This document shows, in pieces, positions 12,845 through 25,085 of a stretch of 39,953 nt of DNA; position 1 is the first letter of the stretch; each line of letters begins with the position of its first letter. The position numbers and the translations under genes are program-made. The notes beneath the pieces are model-generated. The model was not told where the DNA came from. It saw nothing but the letters and a program-made list of their open reading frames with translations, and did not search any database. The DNA comes from Lama guanicoe. Taxonomy: Eukaryota. The stretch lies in the NCBI GenBank assembly GCA_013239625.1, contig MU053816.1, forward strand, positions 3,363-43,315, in the 5' to 3' direction.

Positions 12845-15800
12845 GATTTCAGCTTCTGGCCAAGATGGACCGACAGGGATGGAATTTGCCCTCCCACCTG
12901 AGGCAATGGAAGAGTTGTACAAAAAATATGAAGCAATGGTTTGGGACATCAGACAGCACAGGACAGTGATCCTTGAGAGAGGGAGAACAAACGAGGTGAG
13001 CCCTGTGATTGCTTCAGCCCCTTCCTTGAGAGAGTCTCCAGCTGTGGCACAAAGAGGAGGGCCACAGGTGGAGTCGGTGGTCTCTCTGAGTTGGGGAGTT
13101 GGGCCAGGGAGTCCAGGGAGGCCAAGGCAGCAGAGTTTTGGGTCCAAGTACCAGAGAGGAGTGAGATGTGGAAAGAGGAAGGAGGAGGGAGGAGAGAGAG
13201 CCAGAAATCTGTAGAGGGTTCCTCCAAGTCTTCAACTGAGCCCTGATCAGAGCATGTGTGTGAGGAAGCTAGCTGAGTCTAGAGAAGCAACCCTCAAAAG
13301 GAGCAGAGGAGGCAACCCCTGGAGGTCACATAAGGCAAAGAATAGTTTATGTTCCCACTAGCCAGAATGGCAAACCTCATACATCACAAAGCATCAGATA
13401 GAGTGCTCAGGAGGGAATCACCTCAGTACTGGGGGAAAATTAGCTCTAGACTAATGGATATTCTGGCCCCAACTAACAAAGCTTAAAAGCAAGCCTCAAA
13501 AAGATGAAACTGTTCCCAAGTAACTTAACCGTGTCCCAGAACAAAGTTCAAGAATATTTATAGAAATATAAAAACATCCAGCACCTAACACGGTAAAATT
13601 CATCATGTATGCTATTCAGCTCAAAATCACCAGACAGTGCAGCCATTATGGAAAACAGTATGGAGATTTCTTTAAAAAACTGAAAATAGACTTACCATAT
13701 GATCCAGCAATTCCACTTCTGGGTATATATCTGGAGGGAACTTTAATTTGAAAAGATCCATGCACCCTGATGTTCATAGCACTATTTACAATAGCCAAGA
13801 CGTGGAAGCAATCTAAATGTCCATCAACAGATGACTGGATGAAGAAGATGTGGTATACATATATACACAATGGAATACTACTCAGCCATAAAAAGCATAA
13901 AATAGTGCCATTCGCAGCAACATGGAGAAACCTGGAGATTGTCATACTAAGTGAAATAAGCCAGAAAGAAAGAAAAATACCATGTGGCATCACTTATATG
14001 GGGAATCTAAAAAAATGAGACAAATGAACTTTTTTTTTTACAAGACAGAAACAGACTCAGAGACATAGAAAACAAACTTGTGATTACTGGGAGGCAAGGG
14101 GTGGGGTGGAGGGATAAATTGGGAGTTTGGGGATTTGCAGATACTACTATACATAAAGTAGATAAGCAGCAAGGTCCTGCTGTATAGCACAGGTATATTC
14201 AATACCTTGTAATAGCCTCTAATGAAAAAGAATATGAAAAGGAATATATAAATACATATGTATAACTGAATCACTGTGCTGTATACTCGAAATTAACATG
14301 TTATAAATCAACTATACTTCAATAAAAAAAATCACCAGGCATGCAAATAATCAAGAAAATATGCCTGTAACAAGGAAAAGAAATCAATGTCAGCAGGCCC
14401 AGAAATAACACAGATGTTAGAACAAAGATATTAGTAGACAAAGACATTACAACAGTTACTATATGTTCAAGAAAGTAAAAAAAAGTAAGTATGTTAAGTA
14501 AAGGCATGGAAGATATAAGAAAGATCCAAATCAGTCTTCTAGAGATGAAAATTATAATGTGAAATAAAAAAATACCCTGATGGGATTAATATCAGGTTAG
14601 ACAGTGAGGAAGAAAAACATTAGTGAACTTGAAAATATAATTATTGAGACTATTCAAAACAAAACACAGAGAAAAAGACTGAGCAAATTAAAAAAGAACA
14701 GAGTGTCAGTGATTTGTGAGAAAACTTCTTGGGGCCTAATGCGTGTGCAACTGGGGTCCCAGAAGGAGGGAGAGGGCAGAAAATATATTTGAAGAGAAAA
14801 TGGCCCAATATATCCAAATCTGGTGAAAGCTATAAACTCACAGATCCAAAAACCTCAATGAAACCATAGTACACGAAGCTGAACTACACCAAGGGACAGC
14901 CTAATTAAACTGCTTAAAACCAGTGCTAAATAGAATATAGAAGGGGAAAAAAAGGCATTTAATTTACAAAGGAACAAAGATAAAAAAGACAGCAGACTTG
15001 TTTTTTAAAATAATGAAAGCCAGAAGTCAGTGGAGCAACCTCTTTAAAGTTCTGAAAGAGAAAAGCTGCCACCCTTGAATTCGACACTCAGCAAAAACAT
15101 CTCTCAAAAGTTATGGTGAAATGAAAACTTTCTCAGACAAAATATGAAGAAATTCATCACCAGCAGACCGTCACTACAAGAAATGTTGACAGAAGTCCTT
15201 CAAACAGAAGGAAAATTATACTCGATAGAAGCCTGGATCTATACAAGACAATTAAGAGCAGTAGAAATGAGGTGTTCCCACTAATAAAGGAAGAAGCAAT
15301 AATATAACTAGCACATCACAGTTGTGAAACCCCTCCTGTGTTAATGGATCTAGGCAGTGAAGAACAATGGCTGACAGTCGACAAAGACAACCAGGCCTCA
15401 TGCACAACGGCAGAGGCGGACTTCACCATCTACACGAAGAAACAGAAACAGAAACATGATAAACAGAAACAAAAAGAGACACAGAAAACAAACAGAAAGA
15501 GAACAGCAATCGAACCTGAATCTGGCCTCTAGATCTAACCACCAATTTGTGGCATATAGAAGGGACAGAGAAGCATGTTAAATGACACCACCACTGCGTT
15601 TTAATTTAAAAAACATCCAGACTTGGGAAATTTTGTAAGATACACAACCAGATTGTTTTCATCAAATTAAAAAAAAAATGTGAGGTAAGAGAGAAGAGAA
15701 AAGACTGACCTTTACCTGGATGGGGAACTACAAACTATAAGAGACTTTTAAGAGCCGTATCAATCGATCACAATGTACAGATCTTTAGATCACTAATTCA

Positions 15801-15870
15801 AACAATTAAAAGGGAAAAAATAAGACATCTGGGGAAATGTGAACAGAGACAGGTATATTAAGGAATTACT
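12845..15870 (+). mobile_element. Ancient L1 (L1MC/MD-like): 5' UTR, decayed ORF1 and 3' UTR, with no ORF2 between them
   Basis: 5' start CTTCTGGCCAAGATGG...TTTGCCCTCCCACCTGA; ORF1-like peptide KNISELENIIIETIQNKTQRKRL (14604-14792); ORF1-end-like GAAATGTTGACAGAAGTCCTTCAAACAGAAGGAAAA; L1MC-type 3' UTR from about 15270. Confidence 0.75.
13637..14327 (+). mobile_element. Younger 5'-truncated L1 inserted in the ancient L1
   Basis: ORF2 C-terminal peptide MFIALFTIAKTWKQSKCPSTDDWMKKMWY (13770-14018); AATAAA plus A-tail; TSD AAAATCACCAG(A/G)CA at 13623-13636 and 14328-14341. Confidence 0.93.
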
Positions 15871-16569
15871 GGGGACAAATTGTCAGCCAGGCCAAGCGAG
15901 GAGGAGGGTCACAGGGCGGGTGGGGACAGCACTGGCAAAGGCGTGCCCTCATTGGAGCCGGGGTGGTTAGGGCTGCTCGGGTACTCACTCTGGTTTCTGA
16001 GAAGGGAAAATGCAGAATACTGACACACAGACCACTGTTGACCTCTTCTGGCCTCCTGCGGTGTAGGGGCCAACTCAGGGAAGAAGTCTTGTTGAGGGCT
16101 TTCAAGGCCACTCAGCAACAGAGGACAAGGACCCCGGCAGCACAGGGGAGACGGAGGCTTATCCATCCTCTCAGCGCTGCCTGGGGTAGAGACCTAGGAG
16201 GGAGGAGAGACCTAGCTTGAAGGAGAGGAAGGAAAAGAGGGAGGAGAGACAGAGAAGAAAAGGTGGAGAAAAGGGAAGAGAGTGGGAGAGGCTGAAAGAG
16301 AGCTCAGCACGCACTCAGTTGCTTCCGAACCAGTTGCCTTCAGCCTCTAGACATGACAGCTGTGGGCCAGTCCAGAGGCAAAGCTGCATGTAAGGAGGGA
16401 TAAAGGGCACACTCCGGCCACAGAGATTAAGGAGTTTACTTAGGTCAACGGGCAAGTTGAGATGATGAAAATGGCTGATCCTGGTTCATCGAGGATTGCT
16501 CAGGGCCTGGTGCCTCTGTCCTGTGGTTCCTTGCTGCACCAAGTGCCCAGTGAGAAATGATAACAGGAA

Positions 16570-16790
16570 TCTTATTAGCGAACATTACTGGGTGCTCACC
16601 CTGCCAGACCCTGTTCTAAGTGCTGTACATATTCATTTCATCTTCACAACAACCCTTTGAGGAAGGTACTGTTATTAAACCCATCTGATAGATTGTCACT
16701 GGGCTCAGAGAGATTAAGTGACTTACTTAAGGTCACACAGACAGTAAGTGGCCCTGCTGTAACTGAACTTAGGAAAAACCTAGTTCAGGA
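16570..16790 (-). mobile_element. MIR SINE
   Basis: TCATCTTCACAACAACCCTTTGAGG...GCTCAGAGAGATTAAGTGACTTACTTAAGGTCACACAG. Confidence 0.85.
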
Positions 16791-17329
16791 CTCCTTGCAC
16801 TTCACACACCCTCCCCACCCCCCCCACCTCTGACAGTGGTGGTGACCTCAGTGCACTCCCCTAGACAGAGGCTCCTCCTGGCTCCTCCTGGCTCCTCCTT
16901 CCCTCCCAGAGCAGCCCAAGGCTGGAATGAAGGCTTCCCAGGGCTCTGGAGGAGAACCTGGAGCCACACTGGAAGGGCCGCCCCGTGCCGGACAGGCTGA
17001 GGGGGCCCCAAGGCTGGGAAAGTGTTTGCCAAAAACAACAGCGTGCCTGCCCTAAACCGTTCTCAGCTGCACAGCCGGGACCCAGGCTGCTGGTCGGTGA
17101 CTCTTATCAGCTCTCCAAGATCGAACTCTGATCCTGACATTCTGAGCCCAGGATGTGAGGAGGGAACTGGGGAAGGGGTGTCCGAGATGCGCTGTGTCAG
17201 GAGCTGGGAGGCCCCGCCCACAGGCGCGCTCGGTGGGGAGCTGGGTCCCCTCCCCACACCCTTGAACGATTTAGCCTGAAATAGCATAAGAACTTCTTTC
17301 CCATTTTTTCCAGGCTTTTGGATGAAATT

Positions 17330-17780
17330 ATATTTTACAAATGACTCATTATTATATTTATAGCTTCTCTCCAAATGATTCAAATTGTGCTTTGTCGCCT
17401 CCCTGTCTCTCAACTCCCCCCAGCTCGACAGGAAGAAGAGCTGTTTACTGTACGGCCAGGTGTGGCCGCTGAGAGTGGCTTTGCCCCCTGTAATTAGTTC
17501 GCCTGAGCCCTGACAGGCACTCCGGCACATTGAGTCATGTGCAGCCTTTGTTCCAGCACGTCGTCGGGAACTCGGCTTGGAATCCGCTCCCGTAGGAAGT
17601 GCATGTGTGAGGTGGGGGGAGTGGGGGGGAGTGGGCAGGGGGAGGGGGAGGCCTGTTCCGGGGAGGCTGTGACAGAGGGTGCCTTTGTGAGGGCAGAGGC
17701 TGCTGGAGCTGGAGCTGCAGTTCCTCAAAGCCTCCAGTGAGGAGGCCGGGGTGGGCGGGCCAAGGTCGGTGAGCCCCCTC
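17330..17780 (+). promoter_or_regulatory. Promoter/enhancer-like module
   Basis: AP-1 TGACTCA 17342-17348 and TGAGTCA 17531-17537; FOX TGTTTAC 17442-17448; ETS-like CAGGAAG 17429-17435 and AGGAAGT 17594-17600; G-tracts 17614-17648; retained CpGs; no recognisable repeat. Confidence 0.55.
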
Positions 17781-19644
17781 CCCCATCCTCCTCCTCCTCC
17801 CCCAGCCTCCATTGAGGAGTTGAGAGCTGGCTGGTGGGGGAGGTGGCGCGCAGACATTTCAGGTTGTGCTAGTGTCTGGTTAGTGACACGTCACTGTTTC
17901 TTCTGAGGAACCACCCTGGCTCTTTAAGGAATCGTCGGGGCTGGGGGGTGGGTTTCAAGCTCCCTCCCCCTTCCAGGGAGCTCTTCCACCTACCCTCCTG
18001 CCCTGCCCCCCCTGCCCCCCACCCAGCACCTAGGAAAGTGTGGTCTCTTAAACCGGCCACCTTGGAGGTGGAAGGTAGCAGGGAGGCCCCATTTGCAGTA
18101 ACTGTTTATTCTGTCAGGTGCCCATGGGATCAAAGTCCCCTTGGTCTGCCCTCCTGGGCACTGAGTAAAGTTAAAAGCCCACAGAATGGGAAAGAAGGAC
18201 ATTCTGGAACTCACAGTGACATTCTCAGAGCCTCGCAACCACTCCTGCCCCTCGGGGTCCTTGGACTTGGGGGGTGGTGACCTGTGGACGCCTGTGGTTG
18301 GCTGTGGGGTGAGGACTCTGGGGTCAGGATGGGCCGTCCCGGGCTCCCAGAAGGCCCAGAGGAGGGAAGGGAACAGGCCACCCCAGAGGGAGCCGGCTTC
18401 CTGGGATGTGTCCGCAGACCCCTGCCTGTGCTCTGAGGGCAGAGCTGGCTCCTCGGTGTTGCAGCGGCTGCTGCACGGGAGCCTGGGCCGGAGGCGGCGT
18501 TTGTGAGCTAAGCCTGGGGCTCCTGCTGTGTCCCCAGCTCGTCCGCCCGGGCCCCTTCAGGTTTGCATCCATTTTTACTTCTTGGCACGGGGCCCAAGTG
18601 AGTGGGAAGGGGACGCGGGAGGAGGGGATGTGGGAATGGGTGTGGACGAGCATAACGTAATTATTGGTGAAATCAGTGTGAAGCCTTAACCAGATGACTT
18701 CCGCCTGGGCAGAGCGGGCCCCTGTGAGGTGTGTGAGGCGTCCAGGGGTATGGCCTGGGGGGCCCTGGGCTTGGAACCCTGGGACCCCACCACCCTCTGG
18801 GGTGTTCCATGGTGGGGTAGGGCCTCGACAAGTCCCTTGTCAGAGGGAAGGGAAAGCTGAGAGGAGGACCAGAGGGGGCTTGGTGAGGTAGGGGTGGCAA
18901 AAGGGAGGAAAGGGGAGGGCCAGGTGTGGAGTTACCTGGGCAGGGGTGCCCTGAACATCCTCCATGGGCCGAGGGACAGAGAGACGCTTGTAGGGAAGTG
19001 TGGCTTCCACTTCCTGTGTGGAGCCAGGGCTGGCGGGCTTCACACCGCAGCAAACCCGGCTAGTGGTCAGACTGAGGGGCAGCCAGCTCTGGCTGCTGAA
19101 GCTACCTTTGGACAACCTTCCTTATGAGATTTGTGGTCCTGCAGCTGCTCAACTTGCGTTGGCACCTTTTCACCCGTCCTCTGACTGCCATGTCAGCGTA
19201 TCAGAGGCCTTGAACATGGGTAGAAGGGGTGCTGTGTGAATGTGTGCTTGTGGGATACAGCTCTTCTCCCTGGCCTTGCCTGTACCCCCTCCTACACCTC
19301 TGCTTGGAGCCCCACTCCACGCCTCTTGGAGGCAATGCGATCAATGGGCAGCCTGTGGGCAAAGCTGGATCCTGGCTCTGAATAAGAGCTAATCATGGAG
19401 AAAATAAGTGTCTTGACAAAATGAGTTTTTGTGGTGGAGACCAGACTATGAAGGATTTGGCTTCATTCCACCTTTGATGAGGATCACGGTTTAGGGATGT
19501 TGACGGAAGATCAAAGTATTATTTTTCGGTTGTATTTATGGAGTGATTTGCTGTCTACCTCTTTATTTTCAGGTACCAACTTCCTTCTTATGTTCGAGAT
19601 GTTTTTAGCTTGACGAAGTGGAATCAGATGATGAAATCAGCTTG

Positions 19645-19810
19645 CACGCACTCCTCAAACTGTGTTCACATCCATTATCTCATTTGGGGCGGGCTATTAT
19701 CCTCTCTACTTTCTTTTAAGGATACTGACAGAGAGAGATTAAATAACTTGCCCAAGAGTGCACAGCGCATCACTGACTGGGCTTAGACCCGGGGTCTGGA
19801 GACCGGTTTC
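19645..19810 (-). mobile_element. MIR SINE
   Basis: ATTATCTCATTT...CTATTATCCTC...AGAGATTAAATAACTTGCCCAAG. Confidence 0.7.
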
Positions 19811-20032
19811 GCTGTGGCTGTGCTTTCTGCCAGTTTGAGAAGGGAGCAGAAGCCCGCAGCCCGCGGGCGGGGTCAGCAGAGAGATGACCGAGGGCGGGTG
19901 AGGGCGCCCTCCTTGGCCCCAGGAATTACGACAGGTGTTCACAGAGCTGCTGGGATCCAAGGTGGCAGCGGGAACAGCCCCCATGTTGAATTAACTGCCG
20001 GCATCTCTTTGGGTCAGAGTGAATGTCACTGA

Positions 20033-20340
20033 CTTTATTTCTTACCGTGGTAAGATATCCATTACATACAATTTACCACTTTAACCGTTTTTAAGTGTGT
20101 AGTTCAGTGGCCTCAAGTCTGTTCACACTGTTGTGCAACCATCACCACCATCTTCCAAAACTTGTTCATCTTCCCAAGCCAAAACTCCGTACCCACTGAA
20201 CAACAACTCCCCGTTCTCTCCTCTCCCCAGCCCCTGGCAGCCACTATTCTACTTTCTTTCTCTCGGAACTGGACGACTTTGGGTACCTCATGGAAGTGGA
20301 ACCATCCGGTATTTGTCCTTTGGAGTCTGTCTTATGCTGA
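20033..20340 (-). mobile_element. L1MB-like 3' end
   Basis: AATTTACCACTTTAACCGTTTTTAAGTGTGTAGTTCAGTGGC...CACACTGTTGTGCAACCATCACCACCATC. Confidence 0.85.
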
Positions 20341-23300
20341 CTTATTTTTAATTGGATCATCATTTTCAACCACAACAGGGACACTGATTAGCATTGCTTC
20401 ATGCCCAAAAAGGAGTGAAAGAGACAGGGAACAGGAGTGATTCGGGGTGGATTTCTCAGCTGTCAGGGGTACCAGATGTAAGGGGGCGGCGGTGGGGGGT
20501 GGAAAGGAAGAAAGTGTTACATAGAAAAAAACTGCTGTGCGCGCTCATTCCAGGGGAGGGGCGCATCCCCCCTGGACGTAGATGCCTCTGTTCTGAGGAC
20601 TGAGCTGTGATGACCCCTGATGGGGAAGCTGCTCTGTCTGGTGAGAACAGAGTGACCCTCTGGACATGCTGAAGGCTAGATGGATTGTCCTGCAAGAGAA
20701 ATCCATGCACAGGAACTTGGATAGGAGGGTCTGGAGGAGAAGAGAGAGGCTGGAGAAGATAGCCTAAGCTAGGACTTAGGAAATAATGAGAGACTTTTCA
20801 AGACGGGGGAATGGCTGACGGATGTTTAGGAGAGTAGTATCTGTTAGCAGATTGTAAAGGGCTTACTGTGATTCCCCTCCATCACCCCAAACATTGAGGA
20901 AAAGTCTGCTACTGTGCCTGCTGGCCTTGTGCGAGTTGGGGGTGGCTGGGGGGAAATGCAGGAACGGAGCAGTAGGGAGGGTGATGGGGGTGCTGGAGAG
21001 GAGGGCAGCTCCAGGAGGTGAGAGGGGAGATGCAGAAGCAGGGCAGAGGGAGAAACGCAGGCAATCGAGCCAGAGGTCACCTGAGGAAGCATAAACCCTC
21101 TGAGAGTCTTGGGCACACAGTTGGTGGTGGGGGCAAGAGGGACTGTGAGGCTGGGGGGACACGGTGATGGGGTCCCCACAGCTGGGATGGGGCTCAAGTC
21201 TTTTCTTGAATATTAGGGGCAGGCATTCCTGTCAGACAGCCTGAAGGAGGGAGTGGATGTAGATTTCTCTTCGCAGAGACCTGGCAAAATCTAGACAGGA
21301 GGCAGCCTGGGTCACTTAGGGAGCAGAGGCTCCCTGCGGTCCCATCAGCTCAGCTCACTGCCTCCAAGAGGCCCAGATTCACAGGGAAGAGAACTGTTTT
21401 TTGAGAGATGGAGATGGAGCTAGAACCAAAGTCAAGCCCAGAACATGTCTTGAGCTTTCAAAACATCCCTCTTTTTAAAATCATCTGAAAGCAGAGCCCT
21501 GGGGCTGTGACTGTCTCTGACGGAGACAGATGTTTCTGGACCTCCCAGACTTAGCAGGAGCCCAGCAAGAGGGTCTGGCTGCTCGCACGCAGAGACCCCC
21601 AAGAAGCCTGGCATGGAACGCGAGCTGTGTGTTACTGGGAATGCTTGGAGATTCCCTGATCAGGTCCCAGTGTGGGCTGGGGATGGAGCCCTGCCTGGAA
21701 TTACTGATGCATCCTGAGGTCTCGGGACTAGCCTGTGTGGTGGCGGTGGGGCCGACCGAGGACATTTCCCTCTGGTCCTCTCCAGCCTTGGCTCAGAGAA
21801 CCAAGACTCAGGGCTTGTCTGGCTGGACCCCATTTTGATCCCAGCCCAGCATCCCTTCGTCAGCTGGGTCCTGGGGAAAAGGGCCTGGCTTGGATCACAC
21901 CGTGAGGAGGTTTGCCAAATGTGTTAGTTGCCACTAAAATCTTGTAAACTGGGGTGCAGGGTGCTAAGGGGCCTGGGCTGGCCTGAGGATGTGCTGCTCA
22001 GAAGTTCCCTGCAGGTTGGGAGGGAGGAATATCCCTGCAGAATCACAGACAAGCCTGTCCTGGGGCTGGGCCAAGATTTCCCTCTGGCGGGCCCCCCTGC
22101 TCTGGGGGAGCTGTGTGTTCCCTTCGACTCTGGCAGCTTGGGAAAGACCAGAGGCCCTTTCAGGGAAAGGAGAGAGAGAGAGAAACAGGCCTGAAAACAC
22201 TGTAGTGAAGGCCTAATTCTGAGCCTCAGCTGCGGACCCAGGCCCACAGCGCAGAAGCGTTTCTCGACTCCGTTCCGAGAATGTGGAGCGTTGTAAAACA
22301 GGCTGCTGTGGGGAACGGCAGAGCTTCGGAGACTGGGTGCTGGGAGGGTCTGGAAGACCAGCTAGCACAGACCCCTCATTTGCTGGGAGGCTAATTTGAA
22401 ACAGAGTGGAATCTGGCAGGGGGTGGGATGCCTTTTTTCTTCTGAGGCCCCGTTCCCTGAAAGAGCAGTGTCCGAGATGAGCTGATTTCACCCATTCACT
22501 TGTTGCCCTCCTTGGTGCATTAAAAAAAAATTTTTTTTAAACCCTCAGAGGTCCAGATCTGGCTTCTTTGAAAGTAACAGAGTTTGTGGCTTCCAGGGTG
22601 TTTTCGGTTTGGAGCCATCTTTTCTGTTTGTTCATTTAAAGTGTTTGTTCACCACAGGCTTCTTGCCAGGTCTTCCTTTGCACGTTACTGGGCTGTGCTT
22701 GTGAATGGCCGAGCGAGGCCAGGATCCAGCTCAGGAAGAGACTGGAAGGAAGCAGGGGCTGGCGTGGTCTGGGAGGGTTGGGAGGTGGAGGTCCACAGGT
22801 TTGTCCTCTTGCTATACACATCTGAGCACCCTCAGTGAGGAGCCTTACAGCAACAGAAGATGCCTTGGCGAGACATCTGTGCAGGGCTGGCCGCTTGGCC
22901 CCCCCGTGGGAGTGCAGGGGCTGCCTGAGAAAGATGGTGCCCAGATTCATCAGGGAGGACTCTGAGAACGGGCAGGCCCCTAGCCCAGGAAGCTTAGGAA
23001 AGAGACCTGGATGAGGGCAGCCAGGCACCTCAGAAAAAGAGCAAAGAGAGAAAGCAAGGGGCACAGAGTGAAGTGGGACCCGAGCTGAATTACAAGTTTT
23101 GGGTGGGGCCCAAGAGGCTGCCAACTTTGAGCTCACTCTCTGGAAAGGCCTTTCGGTTACTTCTTACACCCACCACCCAATCACCAGAGAGCTATCGCCT
23201 TCTGATCGAAGCAGCTCTTGGCAGACAAATGGGACATACACAGCTGGAATTGGGGGCCACACATGCTGGGTGTGGGCTAGGGAGGGGACATACATAGGCT

Positions 23301-24559
23301 GGTGGAGGAAAGTCTCAGTCTCCTGTCCTGGGAGGCAGAGTGAAGAAGCAGAAAGTTGGGGCTCAGGGCAGCAGTGTTGTTCTGTCCTGTTCCCACGGTC
23401 CCCCCAGGGCCCAGCTCAGGACCAGGCACACACAAGTTGCTCACTGAGTGAGTGAATGAATGAAGTAGCTATCTGTCTGAATGCATGCAGTGCTATTCTC
23501 TTATTCTCTTACGTTAACTTCTATTTGTCTCCTTCAAGGTTTAAAGAATAATTGAGGATATTTGCCTAACTTGAGCTTCCTCCTTCAGGAAGGGTCTTCT
23601 TACCATCGGTGTGGCAGGGGGCACTGAAGCGCTGTTCTGAAAACTATCTCATACAGGCCCTCCATCTGGGGTGGAGGGGAAATGGGAAGAGGGCCAGAAT
23701 GACCTCTCAGGGTCCAGCTGGCTCTGTGGGATGCAGAGGGCGGACCGGAATTCGCCAAGCTGTGCTGGAGATGGCCGAGGTCACCGCAAGATGATGCATT
23801 AGCAACTTCGTTAATTGCATCATGTTTTTCTCCACGTGACAGCACTGGGCTTATGCCTCAGCCCCAGCAGATGACCGACGGAGGAAAATAAAATGGAACT
23901 CAAACCTTCTCTCTGACAAGTCTTATCTCCTGGAAGTGTAACTCTGTGAAGCCATGGGTTTCCTTTCCTGGACCATCTCAGGACCCATCACTGTGGTTTA
24001 TGGAAAGGCATGCCACTGGGAGAGGTCCTTCCTCTCCTCCCAGCTCCTTGCCCGGAGGAAGCCCCCTAACTTCTTTTGGGCTTGGTTTTGGAAGCAGCGG
24101 TTAATCCTCTTCTGCTGTAAGGACTTCCTGTGGGGGTTTGGTACAGTATTCCTCCAGAGACGGGGGAGGGCTGAGATGACCTCTCCAAGTCTTGCCCACT
24201 CTACAGTTCCTGCGTCTCCGGAGGATCCAAGCACTTCCTCTCCTTCAGAAGTTGTCAGAGTTAACTCCGCGTGGGTGTGGGCTCCTTGTAGCTACACCTT
24301 CCCTCCAATATTTGAAAGGTCTGTGCTGGCTCTTAGGGCCTCCAAATCATGTATTTATTTTCCTTGGCTCTGGCTGAAAAGGCCACATCGGTGTTTGTTT
24401 TGTTTTGTTTTTTCTTTTTTTCCCTGAAAGCTAGGTCCTTTGGGCTAAACAGAACCGCCTCTAAGCTTTAGAAATGGCTGGTTTTCATCATGCCCTTTCT
24501 CGACCAAATTATTTCTTAAATTGCTCTCCCCGTGTTGGGTGGTTGGGTGTTCCAGGACA

Positions 24560-25085
24560 CAGAAACCAGTCCGCGGGGGTCCCTGGCTTTTTCTCCCCGA
24601 GGAGTTGTAGGAGGGCCTCAGTTTCTCCGTCGCACACTTTGACCCGAAGAGGGCAGGCGCCCCGGCCCCGGGGAGGGGAGGGGAGGGGACGGGCCCCGGG
24701 GAGGGGGTGCTGGAGCAGCGCGGGCAGCAGTGGGGGGCGCAGACCGCGGGGGCCAGGCAGGGGCGCCTCCTGCGCTCCCGAACGTGACCCCCCCCCCCGC
24801 CAGACGGCTGGGGAACAGTCCGCAGCGCCCCGAGGCCGAACGCCTCCCCTCCACCGGCGTCTGGGGCCACTGGGCAGCGCCGCAGGGATGAGGCACCGTG
24901 GAGCGAGGCCCCTCTCGGTCCCCGCCGCGCTCCGACTCGCGGGGTTCGGGCGCTCGGGGTGGCTCGGGGCACCCCTGGCCCGCCTGCCGGGCCCCCTCCC
25001 CTGCAGCCCAGCCCGGCGGCCGGGGCCCCTCTGGGAAGGACTGGAGGCGACTCGGGTGGGGGTCGGGGAGGGGGAGGAGGGAGCG
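24560..25085. promoter_or_regulatory. CpG island, candidate promoter; transcript unidentified
   Basis: Very high GC content and CpG density over about 500 bp against a CpG-poor background; (GGGGA)4 at 24670-24689. Confidence 0.85.

Noticed and set aside
17063..17857. Longest ORF in the track (264 aa, minus strand)
   Set aside because: Low-complexity G/P/S runs from GC-rich regulatory DNA, with no recognisable domain.
23791..23823. Pre-miRNA hairpin
   Set aside because: The stem is too short (about 13 bp) and is better explained by inverted transcription-factor motifs; I recognised no known mature miRNA in the window.
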